Below, in pieces: positions 20,883 through 32,123 of a stretch of DNA of 64,000 nt. The stretch's first letter is position 1. The number at the start of each line of letters is the position of its first letter. The notes under the pieces are model-generated. The model ran no database searches and was not told the DNA's origin. It worked only from the letters and a program-made list of their open reading frames with translations. This stretch comes from Wickerhamiella versatilis (Eukaryota), in assembly GCA_030867685.1 (NCBI GenBank), contig JAQOWU010000007.1:992001-1056000 (forward strand). The letters are read 5' to 3'. The position numbers and the translations under genes were made by a program.

Positions 20883-23453
20883 CTAGGTTGTTAGCTTTTC
20901 AGATATTGACGCCAAGAACTGGTAGTATGTTGGCTCGGATTCCGAACGGTCTTCGACAAGCATAGTTGTCGCCCATAAACGAAGGGTAGGCTCGCTCGTC
21001 TGCTTAACAATGAAAAGAGAAGGCCAAGTAACCGCATCTGCATGGATTCGCGATTGTGCAATTAAGTTTTGAATGCGCCTGTTGAGGTCAGAGTCGACAA
21101 CTGGCATTTCACTCTTGCCACTAGGGACATCTGCCTGATCAGCCACCCCAAAGGCATCCAGCAACAGTTGCGGAACCGTATCACGGCCGACCCACAGGAA
21201 CATTACCTGGCCATCATCAATGAGATACAGTCCATGGCCACGCATCTGCTCACCAGTCAGATTTAAGCGCGGCGGTAATATTATTGCTCCAGTTTCGGGA
21301 TCCGGGAGTCCGGCTTCTTCCGGAAGCTCATGAAGAGCGTAGAAATCGGGATAAAGATATTTCATGAGAGCGGGTGTGGGCATTGTCTGGAGCAAAGTCA
21401 AGGCATGCATTCGGAGATCCGAGGCAATTGCCGCATTACGACGAAGACCCACAGTGCGCTTAAGAGCATGGATAAGCAAAGGAAATAGCCTCATATTGGT
21501 GCACAATTGCAAAGAACCGCCAGATCCGCTATGGGTCTTTATCGCGTCACCAGCGTAGGCTCGGAAAACGTCTACCACCTTCTGGGTGAGGAAATCCTGA
21601 GCAGCGGTCAAGCCCGAATGGATAGTACGCTCAGCAGCAACGCGTGCATAATAGGTGACAATAGCCTGTTGGTCTGCAGAGGCATAAACATCCTGGACAC
21701 TAGAAGACGTCGGGATGGACATAGTCAACACACGTACCCGACGGTCACCCTTCACTGTGGTATACAATAGGGCTGCTTGAATGACAACCCAAGGCCGGGT
21801 AATATTATCGTCCAGGCTCAATTCGATTGCATAGGCTTGGTCGCGGGGGAATGTTGGGAAACTCATGAGGTCAGAGCTTCGGATGAAAAAGTTACCATAA
21901 AAACTAGAGGCACGGATGCCGGATGATGCACGCAGACGGATAACACTCTCCATTCCAAAGTCCTGGGATAGATGTGCAGTAAGTTCCTGTCCGAACTTTG
22001 TTGCATCCGACTCCCGTCTTGCAGTCCACCCAGGATAGAAGTAAGTAGCACCACCTGTGAACTTAGGCAGGTTGGATAGCGAGGCTACATCCTGGTACGT
22101 GGAACTCAATAAGAACATATCAACTGTGACCTGAGAGCGGTTACAATCCACGGCAAAACTGCGATAGAAGCTGGACGCGGGACTAAAAAGCTGAGTTTCT
22201 TTGGATGTACCAAAAACCTTGCGATCCTCACGGGGCTCCAGCTTTGCAATGCCGACATTTGGAAGAGACGCACTGATGCACACAATTTTACCTCCAATAT
22301 TTGCAATCATGTTTAATGCAGCTTTCAAGGCGCTACCCAGAGCACAGGAGCTCTGGACAGTTGGAGCAAACAACGTGGGCAACTGGTCCAGAAGCTTGTC
22401 AATTCCAGGGCGGCATTCCTTGAGATTGACCAGCAGGCCTGAAGGACAGGGCAAAAAGGGCTCATTAAGCTCACTAACAACAAGTTGGCGCGGCTCTTCC
22501 TCTTCAATTTCCTGGCCCTCCTGCAGCTCAGCTTCTGGCTTGGGAAGAGGTATTTGGAAGTAGTTGAGGGCTCCATCAACAGCCAAAAAGGCAACACGCG
22601 TGCGCCCATCCTCATTTGGAAGTCTATCTAATGACTCACGCAGTACTGTTGCTGTCCTCTCCAGAAGCCCTACCGAAGTTGCCTGCACTGACACGTCGAT
22701 AACGAACACGAAGACAGGAGGCGGAGGGGCCCGAACAAGATATTCCTGGCCGGCAATGAAGTCAACAACACCGTAGTTCAACTCGTTCCTATCAAAGCGG
22801 TTGACAGCGCGGCCTTGAAGCGCATCCCAGTCGAACTTCTGGGGTACCTCGTTTGTCAAGGAGCATACATTACAGCGCCATCGCTGGTCCTGCACACGAA
22901 ATTCGACAAATGGATTGATGTATGACCGGCATCGACGACAACGAGCGATCACCATGTCGTTGACCAGTGGAATGTTTTCATTCTCATCCTCCAGTGCAGC
23001 AGAAGGGCGAAGAATGATCGCGAGTGGTAGCTTCGACTTTTTCAATATGTTGTGAGATGTGGGAATACAGTTCAGAGTGCTACGCATATAGTCAGTACTT
23101 GCTTGCGCCCACTCACTGCCAGTGCATGCAGCAGAAGGTGGTATGACAAGCGGAGGGGGTGGTAGGTCCAAGTCGTCCACGGGAGGAGGAAGAGCCTGCA
23201 ACACGTCTTCAGTCTGAACTTGATTAAGCTGTACAGTGTCTTCAACAACCGAGTCGAACCGCATCTGGGACATCTGAGGTGTGATGCTTGCTGGGTTCGG
23301 TACGGACGCAGCTGGGTTCACACCTGGCGTGGCACCAGGGGTAAAGACCTCACCGCCAGAATACGCAGGAGCCGCAGGATAGACTGGAGCTGCCGCCGGA
23401 GGCGCAGCATCAAACGAATACTGCTGCGTGGGGTACTGTCTCCGCCTTGACAT
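20883..23453 (-). CDS. SEC24: COPII coat subunit Sec24
   Basis: Zinc finger RCRRCRSYINPF...WRCNVC, vWA trunk FVIDVS, QAALLYT...RRVRV, gelsolin-like C-terminus. Confidence 0.96.
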   Translation of the reverse strand: MSRRRQYPTQQYSFDAAPPAAAPVYPAAPAYSGGEVFTPGATPGVNPAASVPNPASITPQMSQMRFDSVVEDTVQLNQVQTEDVLQALPPPVDDLDLPPPPLVIPPSAACTGSEWAQASTDYMRSTLNCIPTSHNILKKSKLPLAIILRPSAALEDENENIPLVNDMVIARCRRCRSYINPFVEFRVQDQRWRCNVCSLTNEVPQKFDWDALQGRAVNRFDRNELNYGVVDFIAGQEYLVRAPPPPVFVFVIDVSVQATSVGLLERTATVLRESLDRLPNEDGRTRVAFLAVDGALNYFQIPLPKPEAELQEGQEIEEEEPRQLVVSELNEPFLPCPSGLLVNLKECRPGIDKLLDQLPTLFAPTVQSSCALGSALKAALNMIANIGGKIVCISASLPNVGIAKLEPREDRKVFGTSKETQLFSPASSFYRSFAVDCNRSQVTVDMFLLSSTYQDVASLSNLPKFTGGATYFYPGWTARRESDATKFGQELTAHLSQDFGMESVIRLRASSGIRASSFYGNFFIRSSDLMSFPTFPRDQAYAIELSLDDNITRPWVVIQAALLYTTVKGDRRVRVLTMSIPTSSSVQDVYASADQQAIVTYYARVAAERTIHSGLTAAQDFLTQKVVDVFRAYAGDAIKTHSGSGGSLQLCTNMRLFPLLIHALKRTVGLRRNAAIASDLRMHALTLLQTMPTPALMKYLYPDFYALHELPEEAGLPDPETGAIILPPRLNLTGEQMRGHGLYLIDDGQVMFLWVGRDTVPQLLLDAFGVADQADVPSGKSEMPVVDSDLNRRIQNLIAQSRIHADAVTWPSLFIVKQTSEPTLRLWATTMLVEDRSESEPTYYQFLASISEKLTT

Positions 23454-23665
23454 ATTACGTGGCTACGTGTAGATTACTCAGAATACGCGTTCAAGTAGTG
23501 CTTGTTGGTGATGTGATCTCTAGAACAAAAAGCATAGAAATTCTCAACTTTATATTTAATTATTTGTTCTATGTACTATGAGCTAGTCTAGGTGGTTCGT
23601 TCCCACAACCCTTACAATTGATGAAAGGGGAAGAGGGCCATTAGGTAGATCCTTGAACGAGTACC

Positions 23666-24244
23666 TTAGTGCTTGGAGAAGTACTTGGAGGCATCGTTAG
23701 TGTTAATGGTCTCATCACCAGGCTTCCATCCAGCAGGGCACACCTCGCCGTTCTCACGGGTGAACTTGAATGCATCAAGGAGACGGATGGTCTCCTCTGG
23801 GTTACGGCCAACAGACGAATTGTTGACTGTAGCCTGCTGCACAACTCCATCAGGGTCGATGATGAAGATTCCGCGAAGGGCAACGCCTTCCTCCTCGACA
23901 AGGACATCGTAGTCACGGCTGAGGGTGTGGTTGGGATCGGCGATAAGGCCCATCTTCACACCACCAAGGCCACCCTCGGAGCTCTTGAGATTGTTCCAAG
24001 CTAGCAGGGAGAACTCAGAATCGGTAGAGGCATAAAACACCTCGGCACCGCGCTTGCGGAACTCGTCAAGCTGCTTGTCGTAGGCAATGATCTCAGTAGG
24101 GCACACGAAGGTGAATGCCATGGGCACGAATGCCAGGACCACCCATTTGCCTTTGTACTGGTCTAGCGAGACTTCTTCGAAGATGCCGTCGATGACAGCA
24201 GTCTTGTTAAAAGTAGGGGCTGGTTTTCCAACTTGAAGTACCAT
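23666..24244 (-). CDS. TSA1: 2-Cys peroxiredoxin (thioredoxin peroxidase)
   Basis: [22 protein letters not shown] and terminal YF motifs; strong codon bias; ATG at 24244. Confidence 0.95.
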   Translation of the reverse strand: MVLQVGKPAPTFNKTAVIDGIFEEVSLDQYKGKWVVLAFVPMAFTFVCPTEIIAYDKQLDEFRKRGAEVFYASTDSEFSLLAWNNLKSSEGGLGGVKMGLIADPNHTLSRDYDVLVEEEGVALRGIFIIDPDGVVQQATVNNSSVGRNPEETIRLLDAFKFTRENGEVCPAGWKPGDETINTNDASKYFSKH

Positions 24245-24292
24245 TTTGTATTCTTGTTTGATTCTAACGTTCAATTGAGATATCTACGCATG

Positions 24293-24412
24293 TTTATATA
24301 GTAGTGCTACACAGGCCTCGACCAGAATGTGTAATCTACTTGGCGACTCGGTCTCGATGCCAATCGATGAGTAACTAGGTCCTTCGAGCCGATAGACCAT
24401 ACAGGGTTAGGG
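24293..24412 (-). promoter_or_regulatory. TSA1 promoter: TATA box, Yap1-type element and a TTAGGG-type site
   Basis: TATATAAA (minus, 24300-24293), TTACTCA (minus, 24374-24368), AGGGTTAGGG at 24403-24412. Confidence 0.5.
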
Positions 24413-24606
24413 TAGTCGAGCGGTCCAGGCTATGATGAATCAAGTAACAGCATGAAGAGTCATGATATGGGCAAAAAAAGAAGAAGAAAAAATATCAAGT
24501 ATGCAGTGTGTTGTATTTAATTGTTTATTTACCAGTAATTAAGTGTATCTAAGCGTATGTGGTGCCACTATACTCGCACGCCGTGGTCGCATATATCAGG
24601 AATAAA

Positions 24607-27474
24607 TTAAGATAGCCAAGCCCAGGACTTAGGCACCTTTCGCATTTCTAGTTGTTGTAAAATTGGCTGGGAGGAGACTGGCTTCACCTGCCTCCAGGGG
24701 TTCGATGCCGGTGGGGACGATGATGGGGCTTGTGAAGACTCAGGCTCAGCAAATGGGTCCTCCATCATCTTAAGCCTCCGTCGCTCCTTCTGACTTAGTT
24801 TTGGACGAGCATGGGAGGAGGATGACGTACGTGGCCTCTCCTTTCGGTGCTGGTCCGTCCCAAGCTGTGACGACCCAAGGGTGGGTAATGCCTGTGGGGC
24901 CAATGGTGTAGCTTTTGCTGGTGTTGTGTGTGGTGAACGGCTTCTTCCTGGATTTACAGGGGCAGGCTGCTGACTTGGTGTGGCTGGAACATGGGAAGGA
25001 GCTGATTTCTGAGCTGCCACGGGAGGTACGGGAAGTTTTGCCCTTGGCGTTGATGGCGAGGGTTGTGGTGCCGACTTTGATCCACGCTTCTTGCGCGCTG
25101 CAGCGGTCCAAGTCTCGCCGCTTTTTGCCGAGTTCACTGTCTCCGTGGATGGATTACTGGGAGGTGGCGATGGTGCATGACTCGCGATTGCTTGGGGGGA
25201 TACCTCCTTAACAGGCTCCTTGACATCCTTGTGTTCCTTACTGTCCTTGGACTCCTTCGGTTCTTTCGAGCGTTTTGAAAGCTCCTCAATGAGCTCATAC
25301 ATACCAGTGAGCGGTTTCTCGGTACCTTCAGCATTTACAAAAGCTCGTTCAATGACCTCCAGCATGCTAGCCTCCAGTTCTCCCAAATCCCGGATGAAAT
25401 AGTCCATGTGTTCCACTATTATAGACACCATCATTTTAGACAGATGCGAGGCGGGTGGGGCTGCCTCAAAAACCCCTACAACAGAGGCGAAATCAATCAT
25501 TTCATTCACACAAGCCTCACAACGCTCTTGTAGGCAGCCAATGATGAACTGATGGGATGCTTGCCAGACTTCATAGACAAAACTGAGTCCTTCGCCATTG
25601 TCAAATATTTTCCCGGTATAAGCAAAACGGACAATTGCCTCAATTACTTCACGAGAAATGTTAAGTTCAATTTCTTTTCCTGGCCATCGTCCGCTCAGAC
25701 GCGCAGCGAAAAAGGGTGATAATTGTGCCATGACAAAGGAATGAACCAAAATATGGCCCCCATCCCTATCTATAAGTGTCACATCGCCAAATTCTTGGCG
25801 GCTACCATACAGGCCTTCGCCCAGGTTATTGCGGATCAGTCGTTGCAGACTTCGGCTCGTGATCTCCTGGAGCTCACTATTAAAGTAGAGGTGATTAAGA
25901 AAATCTTTCATAGCATCAAGTTGCACATTCTCCGCCCTTAAACCCTTAGAAGTGTGCTTTATCATGATGGAGGACCCAGGAACGGCAGCTACACTATCCT
26001 TTAATGTCGGACAGCGTCCAAGCAAAACCGCTTTAGACGCCTCGATCTCACCATCATCAACTGTGATTGTAATCCCTGTCTTTTCCTTGGGTGCCTTTAC
26101 CAATGGTTCGTTGTCGATACCAAAAAAATCGCCGATTTCCGCAGATTCAAATTCATGTACCGCAGCGAATACCTTGAGATTGGCATCACACTCAACCTGT
26201 CGTAAAAGTATACCATCAAACCCCTTTAAGCGCGTTGTTTCAGTGCCCTGGTTGTTACGCAGGTAAGTTCCTGAAACTGCCGCAACCACAGCATTGCCGC
26301 TTACTCCCAGGTCCCAAGCCGTGATAGTATCTAGACCTGCCCGTTTCGGTTTCCATAGCCTGGTGGGCTGCTGATCGAAGGAGGGTCCAAATCTCAATAA
26401 ACGCCCATGGTCAGTTTCAACACATGCGAATTTACCGCGAGCTCTCACCCCGACAGCTTTGTGATGGAGATCTAATCGGTACCATCCATCGTTCTGCAGG
26501 ATCACTACAATGTCATTTGACAGCATTACTATAGAAAAACCATCGCCACAGTCCGCGGCTAAAACACGACCTCCCCATTTACGCTGTGTGTCTGCCACCA
26601 GAATTGGTTCCTCGACAGGCCCTTTTGCCACGCGGCCAAGCATTTGGCCTGTGTTAACCCCCCAGGCCCATAGTTTTGTCGCGGAGTACGCAATACAATG
26701 GTCGTCTGCGGTAGCACCTCCCATGAGGGGTTCTACAGGTTTTCCCCTTATAGGGCCCGATAGGGCTCCATAGGCACCAGATCCACCTTCAGTAAACTCA
26801 ACAAGACCATCCACGTATCCTGGATGTATCTCTTCCTTCTTGGAGTCACATTCGCGTCCCAGTAGGCCGAATGTCGGAGATCCCCAAGTCCACACGCCAT
26901 CATCGGCCACAACCATCGTATGAGATGCAGAGCATACCACTGCTACAGCCTTAGTCTGAACATCGATTTTAGCAAATGGCTGCATGTGTGTCGAAAAATA
27001 CACGTGTCGTTCGAAGGTGTTGACCGGCTGCACAATACAAGCTGCCACATGGCCTGTTGGAGACACGGCAGCATCAACAATACTCACAGGCCAGTTGTTA
27101 TCTTGAGGGGTGGAATTCGAGCGCTCGAAATCGGCATATCCCACGGGAACACGCTCGGGACCTCCGCATGTCACCAATGATCGATGAAGTGTTCTGTAAG
27201 GACTATCAGATTGTGATTGACGAGTAAGGAATTCACTCAGGCCACTGGAATCAGCTCCTGCATCCAAGAGTGATTTTAATACCCGTAGGTGTCCATAAGA
27301 CGCGGCAGTCTGGACTGGTGTAAGGCCACGCTTATCACGGGACGATAGCGCGGAAGAAACAAGACGCTTAGGATAACTTGCAAGCAATTTGGCGATGGTC
27401 TTAGGCTGTCCGAGTGCAGCCGCAGCATGGAACACGTTTCGGTTGTGCTCGTCAGTTGCAACGCACTTGCTCAT
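24607..27474 (-). CDS. Ankyrin-RCC1-BTB/POZ protein (Btb1/IBTK-like)
   Basis: N-terminal ankyrin repeats (GLTPVQTAASYGH), RCC1-like VWTWG and LWAWG.N.GQ, two BTB domains, C-terminal KLSQKERRR motif. Confidence 0.8.
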   Translation of the reverse strand: MSKCVATDEHNRNVFHAAAALGQPKTIAKLLASYPKRLVSSALSSRDKRGLTPVQTAASYGHLRVLKSLLDAGADSSGLSEFLTRQSQSDSPYRTLHRSLVTCGGPERVPVGYADFERSNSTPQDNNWPVSIVDAAVSPTGHVAACIVQPVNTFERHVYFSTHMQPFAKIDVQTKAVAVVCSASHTMVVADDGVWTWGSPTFGLLGRECDSKKEEIHPGYVDGLVEFTEGGSGAYGALSGPIRGKPVEPLMGGATADDHCIAYSATKLWAWGVNTGQMLGRVAKGPVEEPILVADTQRKWGGRVLAADCGDGFSIVMLSNDIVVILQNDGWYRLDLHHKAVGVRARGKFACVETDHGRLLRFGPSFDQQPTRLWKPKRAGLDTITAWDLGVSGNAVVAAVSGTYLRNNQGTETTRLKGFDGILLRQVECDANLKVFAAVHEFESAEIGDFFGIDNEPLVKAPKEKTGITITVDDGEIEASKAVLLGRCPTLKDSVAAVPGSSIMIKHTSKGLRAENVQLDAMKDFLNHLYFNSELQEITSRSLQRLIRNNLGEGLYGSRQEFGDVTLIDRDGGHILVHSFVMAQLSPFFAARLSGRWPGKEIELNISREVIEAIVRFAYTGKIFDNGEGLSFVYEVWQASHQFIIGCLQERCEACVNEMIDFASVVGVFEAAPPASHLSKMMVSIIVEHMDYFIRDLGELEASMLEVIERAFVNAEGTEKPLTGMYELIEELSKRSKEPKESKDSKEHKDVKEPVKEVSPQAIASHAPSPPPSNPSTETVNSAKSGETWTAAARKKRGSKSAPQPSPSTPRAKLPVPPVAAQKSAPSHVPATPSQQPAPVNPGRSRSPHTTPAKATPLAPQALPTLGSSQLGTDQHRKERPRTSSSSHARPKLSQKERRRLKMMEDPFAEPESSQAPSSSPPASNPWRQVKPVSSQPILQQLEMRKVPKSWAWLS

Positions 27475-27941
27475 ACCTTGACCTCGCCTGCTGACTCAAT
27501 AAACGTTTGATTAGATATATATAACTATTGCCTATAAATTGATGATCCCGGTCATAATGAGAAAAAAAAGATTAATATCGTATGATTTCACATGCAATGT
27601 ATCAGTTAAGTCACCTAAATCATAAAAGTAGGGAACATATAACGAAGGCGACGCGGATGACATGCCATATATATCACCCAAACATTAAGTCTAAGCCTAA
27701 GATGCCTTTACCGTGAATATCTAAATAGTGAGAAGAATAAAATGAGCAGTATATCATTATATAAGTTATATAAGTTATTATTGTTAATATAGAGTGTGAC
27801 TCATTCTATGCGTTAGAATTATCTTTCGGTCCAACTCACATCCTGATTAACCGGTGTTGAGATCAGAAACCCAGTCAACGGAGCACTTTAGCACGACCTG
27901 TAACTGGAGTTCTCACCATGTTATCTCCACATAAAAACGAA

Positions 27942-29402
27942 TTAATTGTTAGGGGTGATGCGGGGCTTGAGTAATGTGGTGGAGACAAGCAGCATCCCGA
28001 AAATGGAAGCCATTAGTTCGAACGCGAGGGAATGATTCCAATCAAAAGACCATGATAGAAGCTTGACAAACAATGATGGCAACACAACACCTACGAGTGC
28101 ATTCAGGAAACTGACAGCGGCCAGGAAGGAACCCGCTTCGCCATGAGGAACATATTTCAAAAGCGCGTTTTTTGAAGAAGGCATTCCAATTGCTGAGGTG
28201 GCATCCAAGACACCACCCATGTAAAATTTTGCGCTAGTCCCTGCTTTACCCATGGAGAAATACCCAGCAGAAGTTAGCAAAAAGCTAAGTTGAATAAGTG
28301 TCTTATCGATGCGGTCAAGGCTCGAATGACTTACGTGCCAGCGCTTCCCTAGCCTTGAATAAAGATAAGGGAATACCACTAGAAGAAATATTGTGCGTGT
28401 TGACGACATCAAGCTCAGTAAATAGCCGGTTTCTACGGCAGACCAACCAAACATCCGCTTCGGATACAATAGTAGCACAATTATAAAAGACAATCCAAAT
28501 TCAGTCCCCATCATCGTGCAGAAAAGCAAAATCCTGGTGTTGCGCCTGTCTGCAGGATCTTCAAGATGGCTAAACGCCAGTGGTGACAAAATATTGCCAA
28601 ATGAACGTTTGATCGTCGAATTTCTCCTTCGATAATATGTACTCAGGCTCTCAACAATGTAAATAATCGCCAGGAAAGCTGCTAGGAACGTCATGCTGAA
28701 AGCAATTATATAAAGCGTCTCCAAATTCGTCATTTTCATGATCCAGGATCCTAGGACAGGTCCAGTGGCTACTGAGAGATATACCATACCATCAAGAAGA
28801 GCCAACAAGCGTCCCCTATGGCCGGGATCACGTATATAGTCGCTAATGTAGGAAGTTATCATCATCGTGACAATAGGCATCGAGCCGCCCATACAGTCCA
28901 AAATTGTGGGTAGCAGAAGAAGCCAGTACGTCCACAGAGACGAGTGGAAAACAATGTACCAAGATAGTAGATGGCCAAACCCGCCCATTGCCAGTGACGT
29001 TATCAACACGGGCTTGCGTCCCACTCTATCGCTTAATCCTCCGAAGTAACCGTTGGTAACTAGTCCAAGAACACCTCTCACCACCGTGACTACCGAGGTG
29101 AATTGCGCGACTAAGTTACTAGCTTCCGGGTCTCTAAAGCATGTTGACCTGTCCTTTGAGAGATGGTAACAGACAGCTAAATAAATAATGTCCACACCTG
29201 CAGCAGCAGAGATCATCATACCAATGAGGTATACAAACAAAATACCAAACAGCACCATCACGCGTTTGGGAACCGCACGTCTTCTGATGGGACCGAGCAG
29301 CGTGGGCAGGTCCTCCGGCTCTACAGATTCTCGGTCAAGTAATCTTTCCCGTTCAAGCCTAAGAATAGCTTCCTCCTCATCCTGGGGTACAGTGGCAGAC
29401 AT
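27942..29402 (-). CDS. MFS transporter (SLC46/YJL163C-like)
   Basis: Motif A GGLSDRVGRKPV, about 12 hydrophobic segments, SYISD, GP.LGS. Confidence 0.85.
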   Translation of the reverse strand: MSATVPQDEEEAILRLERERLLDRESVEPEDLPTLLGPIRRRAVPKRVMVLFGILFVYLIGMMISAAAGVDIIYLAVCYHLSKDRSTCFRDPEASNLVAQFTSVVTVVRGVLGLVTNGYFGGLSDRVGRKPVLITSLAMGGFGHLLSWYIVFHSSLWTYWLLLLPTILDCMGGSMPIVTMMITSYISDYIRDPGHRGRLLALLDGMVYLSVATGPVLGSWIMKMTNLETLYIIAFSMTFLAAFLAIIYIVESLSTYYRRRNSTIKRSFGNILSPLAFSHLEDPADRRNTRILLFCTMMGTEFGLSFIIVLLLYPKRMFGWSAVETGYLLSLMSSTRTIFLLVVFPYLYSRLGKRWHVSHSSLDRIDKTLIQLSFLLTSAGYFSMGKAGTSAKFYMGGVLDATSAIGMPSSKNALLKYVPHGEAGSFLAAVSFLNALVGVVLPSLFVKLLSWSFDWNHSLAFELMASIFGMLLVSTTLLKPRITPNN

Positions 29403-29575
29403 CTTGTCTTGTATTGGATGCTAGAGATAAGGGTAGGTTTAGCTCGCTTGGCTGACTATACGGGAGCAATCACATTTGGCCAACAATCTGAATCTTGATA
29501 TCGGAAAAAATAACCTAAAGTTAATCTAAGTCCTAAATATATGCCTACAAAAGCCCCTGTGCTCTATATAGTCGT

Positions 29576-30517
29576 ATGTTTTGCCTGCGTCTTTTTAACC
29601 TGCGGGTCCCGACGTTGTGCCTGCTTATGTGGGATCTTCTGGTCCGCCCTACGTTACGCGACTCCAGCAAGATCTATGCACCACCGCCATTTGCTGATCT
29701 AGATGGGGACATAGAGGATCTCTTTAAGAAAAAGAGTTATCCAGCGGTCATCAAAAAGTCAGGAGAACTGCTTGGCGAGGCTGAAGCACCCACGACAGAC
29801 GATGAGATATCACGGGTGCTAAGGATCTGGGAGTTGCGGCTTCGCTCGTTGCTGTGCCTTCGCTTAGGTGTTCAGGCCGCGGAGGAGGCGGCGTATCTGA
29901 GAAATATAGAGGAATTGAAATTACCGATTGCTTGGGACCTTCGATTACTTCTTACTCCGGCACATGCTAAAGGCATAAACCAGGCTGCTATTCAGCGATA
30001 CTATATGCTTGCCGCAGATGCATCTCGCATGGGATGGAAAGACAAAATGAGAAGTGCTGGTGTGTCCGTCGCTGCGGCCCTTATCGGGATGCGGGACTAT
30101 ACCACTGCGTTGGCTCATCTGAAAGCTTTGTATGAGGGAGAGGAGCCAGATTATGCGCAGAATACTTTGGGGCCGTTAATCTCGAGAATATACCTAATAG
30201 TAGGAGATACATTACGGGCACGAGAATTTCTACCACCTTCCAATCAGCAAGGGCTAGAAGCTCTATGTGAATTTTCGGAGTCTGGCAAAGGATTGGGCAG
30301 CATTTCTGCCCTTTATATGTCTGAGGATGATGCACTAGAGCAAATGGAGAGTGTCGCTAAGCAGGGGAATTTGGCTGATGTTCAGAACCTTTTCTTGGTT
30401 TACGACTTAATTTATGAGGATCCTCGACCGCAAAAGCGCATCATTGCGGAAGATCTAGTGGCAAATGGACATGAATTTTTGCCATCATATAGTCTATTTT
30501 CTTTCTTACGTGCATAA
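29576..30517 (+). CDS. TPR-like protein, possibly a TRAPPC12 homologue
   Basis: Helical repeats; WELRLRSLLCLR...A.EE and IAWDLRLL resemble the TRAPPC12 family from memory. The start may be ATG 29627. Confidence 0.5.
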   Translation: MFCLRLFNLRVPTLCLLMWDLLVRPTLRDSSKIYAPPPFADLDGDIEDLFKKKSYPAVIKKSGELLGEAEAPTTDDEISRVLRIWELRLRSLLCLRLGVQAAEEAAYLRNIEELKLPIAWDLRLLLTPAHAKGINQAAIQRYYMLAADASRMGWKDKMRSAGVSVAAALIGMRDYTTALAHLKALYEGEEPDYAQNTLGPLISRIYLIVGDTLRAREFLPPSNQQGLEALCEFSESGKGLGSISALYMSEDDALEQMESVAKQGNLADVQNLFLVYDLIYEDPRPQKRIIAEDLVANGHEFLPSYSLFSFLRA

Positions 30518-30790
30518 TCAATTTCATGGAGAGCTGTACTAGTGCTAATCATAGCCCCCAATCCATGTATAGTAACTTCTACAATAGTGGGTATATGGTA
30601 TACGAGGAATAAACGAAAAACTATAAACTTACTGGTATTACCAAATGGGAGACCTCCTCATGGCTGCATACATTCAACCTTGTTGGTGAAGAGGTTATAC
30701 GGAAACTATCGACGGGTTCTGGTTTACACGCTTAAATATTGTATACTTCAGTAAATATCTAAATTTCAGTCTTTCGCGCGAAAATCTTTT

Positions 30791-32020
30791 TTGCTGCAGT
30801 TGGAACTACCAGAACTTGTGCTGCACACTTTCCTCATCGAGTATGTGGCGGCAAGCCAACCTCGTTTTGGCATTTCTCAGCCGGCGCATCTCGCATTGTC
30901 CAACCAAGCGATGGGCAGTCTTGGCTTCAATGATTTTCTGAGGGCCAATGGCCGTCATAGTCTCAGACTGGCCCATCTCGCCAAGCTCAATGACGATATT
31001 TATTGGCATGTTGTTCAGATTCGAAAACTCGAAACCCTGAACATACAGCTCTGGAATTTGAAGCAGGATTTTTCGCAGCTCCTGCGGCGCAAAATTTCTC
31101 TAGAGTCAGGACAGGAAGTGCCTCAAGTAGAGAAGACTTCCCTCAAGCCTCCCTACAAACTCCCCAAGCAGAAACGCTACCTATCCCGTAAGGCTGCCGA
31201 GAATTGTCTTACCAAACTTCAGGCTCGGTACTTTGAATTAACTGATAAAGAAAGGGAAGTGAACAAAGAATTGGAGCTTTTCAAGCACGATATAGCCCGC
31301 ATGACTTTGAAGCTTTACCGGCTTGAAACAGGTTCAGGGTCAAATCCCTCGGTGCCCTCTCGCATCTCGGTCGCTTCATCATCACAGCCATCTTCAAAAG
31401 ATACCGGTAAAGGGGATGATAAGGAAACTCGCAAGAGCAAGCTTATGAGACTGACGCTAACCTCAAGTCTATCTCCTAATGAGCAAATGCTTGGATTGGT
31501 CCCCAGCACACATTGTCACTCGTCATTTATAAATCCCATAGGAAATGACGAGCAGAGAGAGACAGAAACACCGAAGGTTCCCCGATTACCCTCAAATAGA
31601 GAGTCGAATATAATCGCTGTATCAAAACCTTCACACCCAATAGTGACGGCCGCGCCGGCGAGTCCACATCCCCCAAATCCGAAGGGTTATAACCTCTCTC
31701 TCAACATTGTCAACTCTGACGGATTGAAGGAACTCCCCGTAATGATTAGTGAAGTATTCAATTCCACGGATAGTGGAGAGCTCACCGAGTCGGTGGTTAG
31801 TGAGGAGATAGATCTCCTTCCTAAAGTTAGGGTGCAGTCCCACAAATCGAACCAGACACTTGCTACGGTTGATGAGACCGAGAATTATCGTCTAAAAAAA
31901 ATTCAGGCGGAGCTTCAGGCCGAAAGGGAAGCAGCTGCAATTTTGGATGCATACGCCACTGATGATGACGACTGGTCACCTTTTGACTGGGTAAAGATTG
32001 CCCAGCTAGCGGTTTCATGA
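30791..32020 (+). CDS. Hypothetical coiled-coil / low-complexity protein
   Basis: 409-codon open frame; first ATG at 30911; heptad-like region followed by S/P-rich sequence; no family recognised. Confidence 0.65.
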   Translation: MLQLELPELVLHTFLIEYVAASQPRFGISQPAHLALSNQAMGSLGFNDFLRANGRHSLRLAHLAKLNDDIYWHVVQIRKLETLNIQLWNLKQDFSQLLRRKISLESGQEVPQVEKTSLKPPYKLPKQKRYLSRKAAENCLTKLQARYFELTDKEREVNKELELFKHDIARMTLKLYRLETGSGSNPSVPSRISVASSSQPSSKDTGKGDDKETRKSKLMRLTLTSSLSPNEQMLGLVPSTHCHSSFINPIGNDEQRETETPKVPRLPSNRESNIIAVSKPSHPIVTAAPASPHPPNPKGYNLSLNIVNSDGLKELPVMISEVFNSTDSGELTESVVSEEIDLLPKVRVQSHKSNQTLATVDETENYRLKKIQAELQAEREAAAILDAYATDDDDWSPFDWVKIAQLAVS

Positions 32021-32123
32021 AGGTTTACATTGGTAATCTAATAGATATAGAGGTAAGCATTAATTTACTACAACAAATAATGAAACAACAAAAGGATCTA
32101 TGTACAATAGTTGATAAAACAAA

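Noticed and set aside
27702-27712. TGCCTTTACC resembling U5 loop 1
   Set aside because: One U short of the invariant loop, with no flanking stem or Sm site.
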